Shown: in pieces, positions 9,784-18,402 of the stretch
Layout of the letters: the number at the start of each line of letters is the position of its first letter
Numbering within the stretch: the stretch's first letter is position 1
Source: Candidatus Komeilibacteria bacterium
GTDB lineage: Bacteria; Patescibacteriota; Patescibacteriia; UBA1558; UBA10009
Reading direction: 5' to 3'
Assembly: GCA_026396575.1 (NCBI GenBank)
Contig: JAPLWM010000005.1
Span: 1 to 59,763, forward strand
Length of the DNA stretch: 59,763 nucleotides
Notes under the pieces: model-generated
What the model saw: only the letters and a program-made list of their open reading frames with translations
Database searches by the model: none
Told to the model about the DNA's origin: nothing
Program-made: the position numbers and the translations under genes

Positions 9784-10284
9784 ATGCAAAATTTAAGCAA
9801 TAATTATGTTTTTATTGACAGTCAGAATCTTAATTTATCAATACGATCCCTGGGCTGGAAATTGGATTTTAAGCGTTTTCGAAAATATCTGTGGGATAAA
9901 TATAAAATAACCAAAGCTTTTTTGTTTATCGGTTATTTGCCTAAATATAAAAATCTATATAATCATTTAAGGCAAAGCGGCTATATTTTAATATTTAAAC
10001 CGGTTTTAGGCGAACAAGCTGGCTATATTAAAGGCAATATTGACGCTGAATTGGTTTTACAGACCATGATAGAATATTGGAATTTTAATCAAGCAATTAT
10101 TATTACCGGCGACGGTGATTTTTATTGCTTAATCCGTTATTTAAACAGGAATAATAAATTACTAAAACTATTGGTGCCAGATGTGCGCAAATATTCGGGC
10201 TTACTTAAAAGATTCGCTCCCAATAAAATAGATTTTATGAATACTTTAAAAAATAAGATAGAGTATAAACAAAACCGCCCGTAA
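9784..10284 (+). CDS. NYN/LabA (DUF88) PIN-fold protein
   Basis: FIDSQNL, KGNIDAELV, ITGDGDF acidic motifs. Confidence 0.88.
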   Translation: MQNLSNNYVFIDSQNLNLSIRSLGWKLDFKRFRKYLWDKYKITKAFLFIGYLPKYKNLYNHLRQSGYILIFKPVLGEQAGYIKGNIDAELVLQTMIEYWNFNQAIIITGDGDFYCLIRYLNRNNKLLKLLVPDVRKYSGLLKRFAPNKIDFMNTLKNKIEYKQNRP

Positions 10285-10390
10285 AGGCGGCTTTGTTAAG
10301 GCAGGCAATTGTATAAGGACTATCCCTTATAAACCTCCTGCCGTGGTGATTATGTTTGAATATTAACAAAATCAACTTCCTTTGTAAATA

Positions 10391-10419
10391 TTGACAAAAA
10401 TCAATAGATATGGTATATT
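10391..10419 (+). promoter_or_regulatory. Sigma70 promoter of the DGR target gene
   Basis: TTGACA-17 nt-TATATT with TG extension. Confidence 0.65.
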
Positions 10420-10457
10420 GATTTATTAAATTGTTCTTTGTTATTATTTTGTTTAAT

Positions 10458-10552
10458 ATTAGCCACGGTTTTTAGCTTACTTGTCCTCCGAAGTCCCGCG
10501 AAGCTGGACGAAGGTGGATTTATTAAAAATTAGGTTAAAAACCGTGGCTAAT
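10458..10552. repeat. Inverted repeat enclosing a GC-rich REP-like hairpin in the leader of the DGR target gene
   Basis: attagccacggttttta / taaaaaccgtggctaat; inner tcctccgaagtcccgcgaagctggacgaaggtgga. Confidence 0.75.
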
Positions 10553-10640
10553 GGTTAGTTCACGGCAACATTCCGTTTGGGGCGTTTCCTAGGTCCTAGG
10601 GTGGAAACGTGAGGAGCGGATATTTTTTAAAGAGGTCAAA

Positions 10641-11342
10641 ATGGGAAAGCCGAATACATCGGCGATTGTCGCTGCTTCTGGACATATGTCCAGTATTTGG
10701 ATTAGTTTAGTCAGGGGTGTCGCCAAGCATGGCGGTACGGACGAAGACATTATCCGACTGAACACTCCGGAAGGAGAGGAGACTTTGGATCGGGTCGCTG
10801 AACTGATCGCCAATGCCAACAGGAAAGCGGTCGAGCCAATTCAACTGCAACCGTTACTCAAGCTTCTCGGCACCGTTTCTATTCCGAAAACGACCGAGCC
10901 ATTCGTGGTTGCCGACCATTTCAAGAAGGGCAACGCCGACGGCGTCGCTATCTCAATCATCTGGGAAAATTTTCAGACCTTGTGTGGCGGCGTGGTAGAG
11001 GAGCCGATCAAAGAGGCGATTGAACTTCGCTACTACAAACTCCTTCGTCCGGAAGATGACGAGCCAATCATCGTTGAACTCAGCGGTGAAGCAACGGTTG
11101 AAACATTTTTCGCCGCGATTTGGGAGTCGCTGAAACTCCAGAAGAACGGTGGAAAGGGCAAGCTTTTAACAACCGACGGAGCGAATATTTTCTATATTCG
11201 CGTAGGCGGCGTTTTGCTGGCGGTTCGCGTCCGCTGGGATTACTTCGGCTGGCGTGCCAGCGCCGACTCGGTGGAGTACCCGCACTGGTGGAGTGCCGGC
11301 TTCCGGGTCTTTTCCGGCAATTCAGTATCTTTGGCGGCATAG
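10641..11342 (+). CDS. DGR target protein with C-terminal variable region (probably CLec-like fold)
   Basis: 3' end aligns to the TR at 11672-11787; ends GFRVFSGNS like DGR VRs; SD-like gagg; no signal peptide. Confidence 0.88.
   Translation: MGKPNTSAIVAASGHMSSIWISLVRGVAKHGGTDEDIIRLNTPEGEETLDRVAELIANANRKAVEPIQLQPLLKLLGTVSIPKTTEPFVVADHFKKGNADGVAISIIWENFQTLCGGVVEEPIKEAIELRYYKLLRPEDDEPIIVELSGEATVETFFAAIWESLKLQKNGGKGKLLTTDGANIFYIRVGGVLLAVRVRWDYFGWRASADSVEYPHWWSAGFRVFSGNSVSLAA
11205..11320 (+). repeat. DGR variable repeat (VR)
   Basis: 116-bp ungapped match to the TR; 21 mismatches, 18 at TR adenines. Confidence 0.93.
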
Positions 11343-11373
11343 AACTTCCAGTTCTTTGTCCCTTGGATACCCA

Positions 11374-11420
11374 GACCCTCTGACAGTTTCGCGAGAGATT
11401 GTCAGAGGGTCGCTTTTTTA
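11374..11420 (+). terminator. Hairpin 3' of the VR (terminator and/or DGR target-recognition cruciform)
   Basis: gaccctctgaca..GCGA loop..tgtcagagggtc followed by a T-run. Confidence 0.8.
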
Positions 11421-11433
11421 TCTCAAAGTTTTT

Positions 11434-11442
11434 TGCTATAAT
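11434..11442 (+). promoter_or_regulatory. Extended -10 promoter, candidate for the TR RNA
   Basis: TGCTATAAT immediately after the target-gene terminator. Confidence 0.55.
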
Positions 11443-11671
11443 ATTTACGAAATCATTTTCTGCGGAACGGCTACGGCTTTTCCGCCATGGTTTTAGAAAA
11501 TTTTAAATCAGATTCGCGTCGGGCACGCCTTACACGAGAGCGTTTAAAATTTTTCTTTTAAAAAAGACAAGAATTGGCGCTTAAAATTGGCGGACTTTTA
11601 GGTCCCAAATCAGATACAGTCCATTTGAGCATTCAAAGGGCAGTGGCCTGGATGGTTTTTAGCGCGATACT

Positions 11672-11787
11672 GGCGGCGTTTTGCTGGCGGTTAACGTCAA
11701 CTGGAATAACAACGGCTGGAACGTCAACGCCAACTCGGTGAAGAACCCGAACAGGTGGAATGCCGGCCACCGGGTCTTTTCCGGCAA
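11672..11787 (+). repeat. DGR template repeat (TR)
   Basis: AAC/AAT-rich frame (VNVNWNNNGWNVNANSVKNPNRWNAGHRVFSG) matching the VR except mainly at adenines. Confidence 0.93.
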
Positions 11788-11807
11788 CTGTTGTTTTTCT
11801 CCCGCTT

Positions 11808-12055
11808 TTAACGAGCGGGAGTTTTGCTTAACAGGCCTTTTTTCCAACCGCCCAGCATGCGGCCTATTTCTTGCAGTTTAGACGACAGTTCAAGGTATTT
11901 TTCAGCGGGGATTAATTTATTTTCCCAGGCAATTTGTAAAAAGAGCTTTAAAACATCAAGGCGGGTGATGGCTTTGCTTAACATTATTATTTTTTGATCA
12001 ACTGGGAGATAGGAAGAGATGAAGCTTAATTCAATCATTTCCAAAAACATTAGAT
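11808..12055 (-). pseudogene. avd: Avd-like four-helix-bundle DGR accessory protein, 5'-truncated
   Basis: AITRLDVLKLFLQIAWE..KYLELSSKLQEIGRMLGGW is Avd-like; upstream of about 12055 the frame no longer resembles Avd. Confidence 0.75.
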
Positions 12056-12243
12056 AATTTATTATCGGCCTGGCCGTCAAATATCTCCTAATGATCTGTC
12101 TCTGGTGGAACTGGCACATTTGCGCTGGCAGGCCGTTAAAGACCGCTCTAATGCCAGGTCTGCCGTCTAAAACGACAGCCTTGATATGGAAAACACCTTA
12201 TTCTAAATGATTTTTGCCGAGCGAATAACTCCTAAAGGCGCGC

Positions 12244-12272
12244 TTGATTTTATGTTTTTTAGCTGTTATAAT
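12244..12272 (+). promoter_or_regulatory. Promoter of tRNA-Val
   Basis: TTGATT-17 nt-TATAAT with TG extension. Confidence 0.65.
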
Positions 12273-12305
12273 TAGCATAATTTTGCGGAAAATACGGGGT
12301 TAGAT

Positions 12306-12382
12306 GGGCAATTAGCTCAGCTGGTTAGAGCGCTGCATTCACATTGCAGAGGTCGCAGGTTCGATTCCTGCATTGCCCACCA
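12306..12382 (+). tRNA. tRNA-Val(CAC)
   Basis: Acceptor GGGCAAT/ATTGCCC, anticodon stem CTGCA/TGCAG with loop TTCACAT, GGTTCGATTCC T-arm, encoded CCA. Confidence 0.96.
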
Positions 12383-12420
12383 CAGCGGGCAAATTAAATT
12401 TACAGGTTTAATTTTAATTT

Positions 12421-12726
12421 ATGGATCAAGCTGAAAACAATAAAGAAGTAATCGATCTAAGCGGTAGGCGCGATAATTCCGGCGCCGGCCTAAAATTTAA
12501 GGATGAACAGCAGATGCCCGGCCGAATATTTCAGCCCGGAACTTCAAAAATCATCCAGCTGGTTATAAAGTATTCCGGCGGATTAATTAAAAATAAAAGG
12601 CAGGCGAATCATGTTTTAATCGGATTTATACTGTTGGCGGTTATCGTTTCGCTGTTTTTGATTTTTAACGGAGGAGGAACGGCCGGTAGCCCGAAAGACA
12701 TAAAAATATTGCCTGCCGTATTTTGA
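12421..12726 (+). CDS. Small single-TM hypothetical protein
   Basis: 101-aa ORF with C-terminal hydrophobic helix, directly upstream of the pilin. Confidence 0.65.
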   Translation: MDQAENNKEVIDLSGRRDNSGAGLKFKDEQQMPGRIFQPGTSKIIQLVIKYSGGLIKNKRQANHVLIGFILLAVIVSLFLIFNGGGTAGSPKDIKILPAVF

Positions 12727-12731
12727 TTTTT

Positions 12732-13244
12732 ATGAATAATAAAACAAAAACCAAGGGTTTTACATTAATTGAATTATTAGTGGTAATTGCCATTATCGGT
12801 TTGCTTTCCACTTTAGCCGCGGTTAGTTTAAATTTTGCCAAAGCCAGGGCCAGAGACGGGAAAAGATTATCCGACATGCATCAAATGCAAATTGCGCTGG
12901 AGCTTTATTACGATTCTTTCGGCAGATTTCCCGATTCGGATTTTGCCGGCTGCGGCGGTTGGGATTCATCGGGAAACGGCACTTTTATTACGCCATTAGT
13001 GGCAAATCATTTTTTACCAGCGCACCTGCTGGATCCCGCCATCAACGACAGTTGTGGAAATTATGCCTATTACCGCTATGGCGCCGGAACTTATAGTTGC
13101 TATTCTTCAAGCGCCGCTTTCTACGTTTTAGGAGTCAGAGATATGGAAACCAGCGGCAATCCTTATCCGGCAAGCCCCGGTTGGAGCTGTTCAGGGCGTA
13201 ATTGGCAGGGTGAATTTGATTATGTAGTTGGAAAGCTTGAGTAA
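12732..13244 (+). CDS. Type IV pilin / GspG-like prepilin
   Basis: KG-FTLIELLVVIAIIGLL N-methylation motif; ARDGKRLSDMHQMQIALELY; 4 Cys in head. Confidence 0.92.
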   Translation: MNNKTKTKGFTLIELLVVIAIIGLLSTLAAVSLNFAKARARDGKRLSDMHQMQIALELYYDSFGRFPDSDFAGCGGWDSSGNGTFITPLVANHFLPAHLLDPAINDSCGNYAYYRYGAGTYSCYSSSAAFYVLGVRDMETSGNPYPASPGWSCSGRNWQGEFDYVVGKLE

Positions 13245-13315
13245 TAATTTTTTAAACATCTTTGCTTTTACTTTGGTTTTCTGTTAAAGTGAAAATAATA
13301 TTTTTAACCGTTTTT

Positions 13316-13969
13316 ATGAACAATATTCTTGATTTAAGGGATAAAAAAGAAGAAAAAACAGAAGTTGAACCGGAACAGGCGGTTTTGGAAGAAGTGCCCG
13401 AGCAGCCTTCGCCTTGGCAGAAGTTTAAGGAATATTTTTGGGAGATTTTAAAAATCGTGGTTATCTCCTTAATTATTATCGTCCCCATCCGCTTGTACGT
13501 TATCCAGCCGTTTATAGTGGAAGGCGATTCCATGGTGCCCAATTTCCATAACGGCGAATATTTGATCGTTGATGAAATCAGCTATCGTTTTAGCGAACCG
13601 GTCCGGGGCGAGGTAATTATTTTTCATCCGCCGCAGGATCCTAAAACTTATTATATTAAAAGAATCATCGGCTTGCCCGGCGAAACCGTGGAATTTAAAA
13701 ACGGTAAAATTTATATTTATAATACCGAATTTCCCCAGGGCCAGCTGTTGGACGAAAAACTTTATTTAGCGGACAGTTTGGCTAACGAAGAAGTCAAGGT
13801 TACGCTTAAAGGCAAGGAATATTTCGTGATGGGCGATAACCGCAATAACAGTTTGGATTCCCGCAGATTGGGCCCGATCGCTTTTGACCATATTAGGGGC
13901 CGGGCCATGCTGCGCGCTTTTCCTTTCAACGAATTTACGGTTTTTAAGTCACCGAACTATAATTTTTAA
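13316..13969 (+). CDS. lepB: Signal peptidase I
   Basis: GDSMVPNF (Ser), YIKRIIGLPG (Lys), GDNRNNSLDSR; likely start 13316. Confidence 0.95.
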   Translation: MNNILDLRDKKEEKTEVEPEQAVLEEVPEQPSPWQKFKEYFWEILKIVVISLIIIVPIRLYVIQPFIVEGDSMVPNFHNGEYLIVDEISYRFSEPVRGEVIIFHPPQDPKTYYIKRIIGLPGETVEFKNGKIYIYNTEFPQGQLLDEKLYLADSLANEEVKVTLKGKEYFVMGDNRNNSLDSRRLGPIAFDHIRGRAMLRAFPFNEFTVFKSPNYNF

Positions 13970-13971
13970 TT

Positions 13972-15333
13972 ATGCAACAAAAAAAAGAAGTAAAAAAGAA
14001 AAAGGCCTTTCAGCTGGTTAAGGGCATGCGCGATATTTTGCCTGAAGAGCAGCGCTATTGGGATTTTTTGCGCGATTTAATCAATAAAATCGCCAAAACT
14101 TACGGATTCAGCCGTTTGGATACGCCCCTGGTGGAAGCGGCAGATTTGTTCGTTAGGGGCATCGGCCAGGTTACCGATATCGTGGAAAAAGAAATGTACG
14201 CTTTCGTGGATCAGGGCGGCGACCATTTGGCCTTGCGGCCCGAAGGCACGGCCGGTCTAGCTCGTGCTTACGTTGAACACGGCATGCATAACTTGCCCCA
14301 GCCCGTTAAATTATTTTATTTCGGGCCGATGTTCAGGCACGATAAGCCGCAAACCGGGCGCTATCGCCAGCACTGGCAATTCGGCTTTGAAATTTTAGGC
14401 GAAGCCGACCCGATTGTTGATGCCCAGGTAATTTTGGTTGCCTATAAAATTTATCAAAGCTTGAATTTACCCGTTAATATTCAAATCAACAGCATCGGCT
14501 GCCCCGGTTGCCGTCCGGATTACGAAAACGAACTCAAGGATTATTTTAAAAAGCATAAAAACCGCTTAAGCGAGCTTTCCCAGCATCGCTTGCTTAAAAA
14601 TCCTTTAAGAATTTTGGATTCCAAAGAAAAAGAAGACCTGCCGATTATTGCCGACGCTCCCCAGCAGATTGATTTTTTATGCGAGGATTGCCGCAATCAT
14701 TTTATGCTCCTTTTTGAATATTTGGATGATCTGGGCATTCCTTACGCTTTAAACCCCACCATTGTGAGGGGTTTGGATTATTACGGCCGGACCACTTTTG
14801 AAATTTGGACGGCCGAAGAAGAGGAGAACTCGCCTCGAGAAGCCGGAGGTGAAGCTGGCAGGCTCACTGATTCGGCTGGCAGGCAAAGCGCCTTGGGCGG
14901 CGGCGGCCGTTATGACGGCTTGGTTGAATTATTGGGCGGCAATCCTACGCCGGCCGTGGGTTTTGCCGGTGGCGTGGAACGTTTGATCGCCCAAATGAAG
15001 GAAAAGGATATTAAAGTGCCGGAACGGGAAAAGCCGGAAATCTTCTTGGCCCAGCTGGGCAGCGAAGCCAGAAAAAAAGCCCTGGTTTTATTTGAAGAAT
15101 TAAAAGAAGCCGGCTTGGCTGTTTCGGAGAACCTTTCCAAAAGCGGGCTTAAGGTCCAGCTGGAAAATGCCGACAAGCAAAAGGTTAAGTTCACTTTAAT
15201 TTTGGGCCAGAAAGAAATCGTGGATGGCACTATTATGATCAGGGATATGGAAAACGGCATTCAGGAAGTGGTTGATTTTACCAAGGTGGTGGCCGAAGTT
15301 AAAAAGCGCTTGGAGAAATCCAATGTCAAATAA
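13972..15333 (+). CDS. hisS: Histidyl-tRNA synthetase
   Basis: LRPEGTAG, GRYRQH, RGLDYY, GGGRYDGL motifs. Confidence 0.96.
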   Translation: MQQKKEVKKKKAFQLVKGMRDILPEEQRYWDFLRDLINKIAKTYGFSRLDTPLVEAADLFVRGIGQVTDIVEKEMYAFVDQGGDHLALRPEGTAGLARAYVEHGMHNLPQPVKLFYFGPMFRHDKPQTGRYRQHWQFGFEILGEADPIVDAQVILVAYKIYQSLNLPVNIQINSIGCPGCRPDYENELKDYFKKHKNRLSELSQHRLLKNPLRILDSKEKEDLPIIADAPQQIDFLCEDCRNHFMLLFEYLDDLGIPYALNPTIVRGLDYYGRTTFEIWTAEEEENSPREAGGEAGRLTDSAGRQSALGGGGRYDGLVELLGGNPTPAVGFAGGVERLIAQMKEKDIKVPEREKPEIFLAQLGSEARKKALVLFEELKEAGLAVSENLSKSGLKVQLENADKQKVKFTLILGQKEIVDGTIMIRDMENGIQEVVDFTKVVAEVKKRLEKSNVK

Positions 15334-15454
15334 TTTTGAATTTGACTTTGTGCATAAAATATGTTTTACTATATTAAGATATAGCAGTTTATTTTTTAAT
15401 CATTGGCCTGCGTTGTTAGGCCTAAAATCTTAAAGAAAGGAAGGTGAAAAGGCA

Positions 15455-15712
15455 GTGTTAGAGGTAAAAAAGAAGGATAATGAGAGTTTTGAGTCTTTAA
15501 TCAGAAGGTTTACCAGAAAAACCATCCAAAGCGGCAAGATAATTCAGGCGAAAAAAATCAGATTTTATCAAAAGCCGATCAGCAAAAGAGCTCAAAAAGC
15601 CAAGGCCTTAAGAAGAGAAGAAATCAAAAAACAGCGTGAATATTTGCGGAAGATCGGCAAATTGGACGATATTTTGGATAATAATCGCCGATCCGGCAAT
15701 AAGCGTAAATAA
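15455..15712 (+). CDS. rpsU: 30S ribosomal protein S21
   Basis: ESFESLIRRF, FYQKP, basic; GTG start with strong SD-like aaggaaggtga. Confidence 0.85.
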   Translation: MLEVKKKDNESFESLIRRFTRKTIQSGKIIQAKKIRFYQKPISKRAQKAKALRREEIKKQREYLRKIGKLDDILDNNRRSGNKRK

Positions 15713-15723
15713 ACGTTTTTTAA

Positions 15724-16167
15724 ATGGCCAAATTATCAAGCTTAATTGAAGCGGATGTTGTTTTAGCCATGAAAGGCAGGGCAGAAGTAAAGTTAGCCGC
15801 TTTGCGTTTATTAAAGGCGGCCTTGAAAGATGCTCAAATTGCCAAAAGAGGCGAGTTAACGGAAGAAGACGAGTTAAAGGTGCTGCGCCGCGAAGTTAAA
15901 AAAAGAAAAGAATCGATAGACAATTTTAAGGCCGGCGCCAGAGAGGATTTGGCGGCCAAAGAAACGGCCGAACTGGCTTACTTAACGGTTTATTTGCCGC
16001 CGGAACTTACCGCTGAAGAAATAAACAAGGTTATTGAAAAAACTATCAAGGAAAATAATTTCAGCCCGGCTGATTTTGGCCAAGTAATGAAGTTAGTTGC
16101 CGCGGAGTTAAAGGGCCAAGCCGATGGCGCCCGTTTGTCCGGTTTGGTTAAAGCCAGATTGGTTTAA
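15724..16167 (+). CDS. GatB/YqeY domain protein
   Basis: KKRKESI..F..GAREDL..E..YLP, FGQVMK; follows rpsU. Confidence 0.9.
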   Translation: MAKLSSLIEADVVLAMKGRAEVKLAALRLLKAALKDAQIAKRGELTEEDELKVLRREVKKRKESIDNFKAGAREDLAAKETAELAYLTVYLPPELTAEEINKVIEKTIKENNFSPADFGQVMKLVAAELKGQADGARLSGLVKARLV

Positions 16168-16191
16168 ACAAAAAATACAAAAGAAAAATCC

Positions 16192-18021
16192 ATGCCGTTT
16201 TCTTTCAACTTTTTTTCTAAAAAGACAGCTGTTGCCCTGGCCGTTTTTATGGCCCTAGCAGCTGTTTTTGTTTTTCTGCCCCAACTGGCTTCGGCGCAAG
16301 CTTCTCTGGGTTTGGAAATTACCGGTTCCACCGGCTTGGGCACCAGGGATTTAAAGGATTTAATCGTTCAGATCGTTAATATTGTTTTGGGCTTTTTGGG
16401 CATTGTCGCGGTCATTGTTATTTTATACGGCGGTTTTATTTGGATGACGGCAGGTGGCGAAGCGGAAAAAATTGAAAAAGCTAAAAAAATCATTATTAAT
16501 GCCGCCATCGGCTTGGCTATTATTTTATCCGCTTACGGCATTGTGATGTTTGTGGTAAGCCGTTTTGGCGCCGCTACCGAACAACCGCTTAATGGTCCGG
16601 GCGGGAATCAGGGCGGTTATGAACAGGGCTGGGGCGCTTTAGGCGCCGGGGTTTTAAAGGAAGTTTATCCAGAACCGGGCGCCGGAGAAGTGCCGCGCAA
16701 TACTTTGATTATGGTAACTTTTAAAGAGGAAATGGCTACCAGCAGCATTATTGATACGGCCAATCTGCCGGCAGTTTGCCAGGGTTTGCCCCAAGGCGAT
16801 TGCGGATTTTTAAAAACAGCCCATAACCAGCCTACCGTCAGGATTATCAATCGTTCGGATAATAACAATGTTTTAGCGGCCAATCAGGTGGTGGTAATGA
16901 CCAACAACCGCAAAAGTTTTGTATTTAATCCGGAGCCGCTCTTGGGCAATGCCGGCGGCTATACCGATTATTCCGTTAATTTAACGGACCAAATTGCCAA
17001 AGCGGGCGGCCAGCCGGCTTTTATGGCTGGCGGCTATACCTGGTCTTTCCAGGTTTCCAATATTACCGACGTTACTCCGCCGAAAATAATCAGCGTCGTG
17101 CCCGCGAGCGGCCAAACGGTTTTTAGAAACGCCGTGGTGCAAATAAATTTCAGCGAAGCCATGAACGTTATCGGCGCCACCGGGCAGGCTATGGTTAGCC
17201 AGGATAACCAGTTAACCGGCGAGAGCTTTAAGAACATCAATTTTCGTTATCCGGAAAATAATCAAACCAAGTTTTTAAGCGGCAATTTTGGCATTAGCAA
17301 CCAATTCAGGACAGTGGAATTTGTTACCGATTCGCCTTGCCCCTTGCCTGAAGGCCAGCGCGTTAATTCCTGCGGCGAAGTGCCGTATTGCCTGCCCCCC
17401 AGCGCCCAGCTGGCCGCCTTGGCCAAAGCCGCCATCGTTTCCGCCCAAACCAAAGAAACCCTGGATATTTTTTCCGGCTTAACCGATGCCGCCGGCAATT
17501 CTTTGGATGGCGGCGGCTTAAACGGTGCGGCCAGCAATGGCCAAGCCGACGGCCGGCCGGCCGATGATCAGGATCAATTTGTTGCCGAGAATAATGATAA
17601 TTATTGGTGGAGTTTTAGCACCAATAATCGGCTGGATTTAACGCCGCCCCGGATTTCCAACATTGAGCCGGTTCAGGGTTCTGCCTTGGTGCCTAAAAAT
17701 TCGCAAATTAAAGCCGATTTTAATAAATTAATCAGGAGCGAAACTTTATCCAGCGATAATTTTAAGGTTTTCAAATTTGAGTGCAATGGCGACGACTTTC
17801 CTGAAGATTTAAGCTGCTATCCGGTTGGCGGCTTTAGCATTGCCAAAGAAAATGCCGGCGAAGGCACTGCCGCGATTTTAAGAACCTACGCGCCTTATTT
17901 GGATCCTTTGACGGTTTATAATCCGCGCCTGACCGCCGGGATTCAGGATTTATACCAAAATTGCTTTAAGCCTTCTCGCGGTCCTTGCACGGCCGGGCAA
18001 GTTAGTCCGAACTGTCAATAG
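16192..18021 (+). CDS. VirB2/TrbC-like pilin domain fused to Ig-like (Big_5-type) domains
   Basis: Signal peptide (ASA-Q), two TM with YGGFIWMTAGGEAEKIEKAKK, repeated P..V..N..I.V.F Ig starts. Confidence 0.8.
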   Translation: MPFSFNFFSKKTAVALAVFMALAAVFVFLPQLASAQASLGLEITGSTGLGTRDLKDLIVQIVNIVLGFLGIVAVIVILYGGFIWMTAGGEAEKIEKAKKIIINAAIGLAIILSAYGIVMFVVSRFGAATEQPLNGPGGNQGGYEQGWGALGAGVLKEVYPEPGAGEVPRNTLIMVTFKEEMATSSIIDTANLPAVCQGLPQGDCGFLKTAHNQPTVRIINRSDNNNVLAANQVVVMTNNRKSFVFNPEPLLGNAGGYTDYSVNLTDQIAKAGGQPAFMAGGYTWSFQVSNITDVTPPKIISVVPASGQTVFRNAVVQINFSEAMNVIGATGQAMVSQDNQLTGESFKNINFRYPENNQTKFLSGNFGISNQFRTVEFVTDSPCPLPEGQRVNSCGEVPYCLPPSAQLAALAKAAIVSAQTKETLDIFSGLTDAAGNSLDGGGLNGAASNGQADGRPADDQDQFVAENNDNYWWSFSTNNRLDLTPPRISNIEPVQGSALVPKNSQIKADFNKLIRSETLSSDNFKVFKFECNGDDFPEDLSCYPVGGFSIAKENAGEGTAAILRTYAPYLDPLTVYNPRLTAGIQDLYQNCFKPSRGPCTAGQVSPNCQ

Positions 18022-18402
18022 AAGTTAGTTATGAATTTAAAGCCTAAAACAAAAATCATTTTCCTAGCCTTGTTGGTTTTGGCTTTGGGTATTTTAATAG
18101 TTCCCCAATTTGTTTCCGCTCAAGCGTCTTTAGGCTTGGAAAACGCCGGTTCCACCGGTTTGGGCACCAGGGATTTAAAGGATTTGATAACTTTAATCGT
18201 TAGGATCTTTTTGGGCTTTTTGGGTTTGATTGCCGTCAGCTTAATTTTATATGGCGGTTTTACCTGGATGACGGCGGCCGGCGAAGCCGAAAAAATTGAA
18301 AAAGCCAAAAAGATTTTAATCAACGCCGTTATCGGCTTGGTTATTATTTTATCCGCTTATGGCATTGTGATGTTTGTGGTAAGTAAGTTTGGCGGCGCTA
18401 CC
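16294..18402 (+). repeat. Direct repeat of the pilin-domain coding sequence (16294-16578 and 18118-18402)
   Basis: Shared blocks such as ccggttccaccgg.ttgggcaccagggatttaaaggattt and attattttatccgctta.ggcattgtgatgtttgtggtaag. Confidence 0.85.

Noticed and set aside
11681-11881. 66-aa Asn-rich ORF
   Set aside because: It is the DGR template repeat read in the VR frame, not a protein gene.
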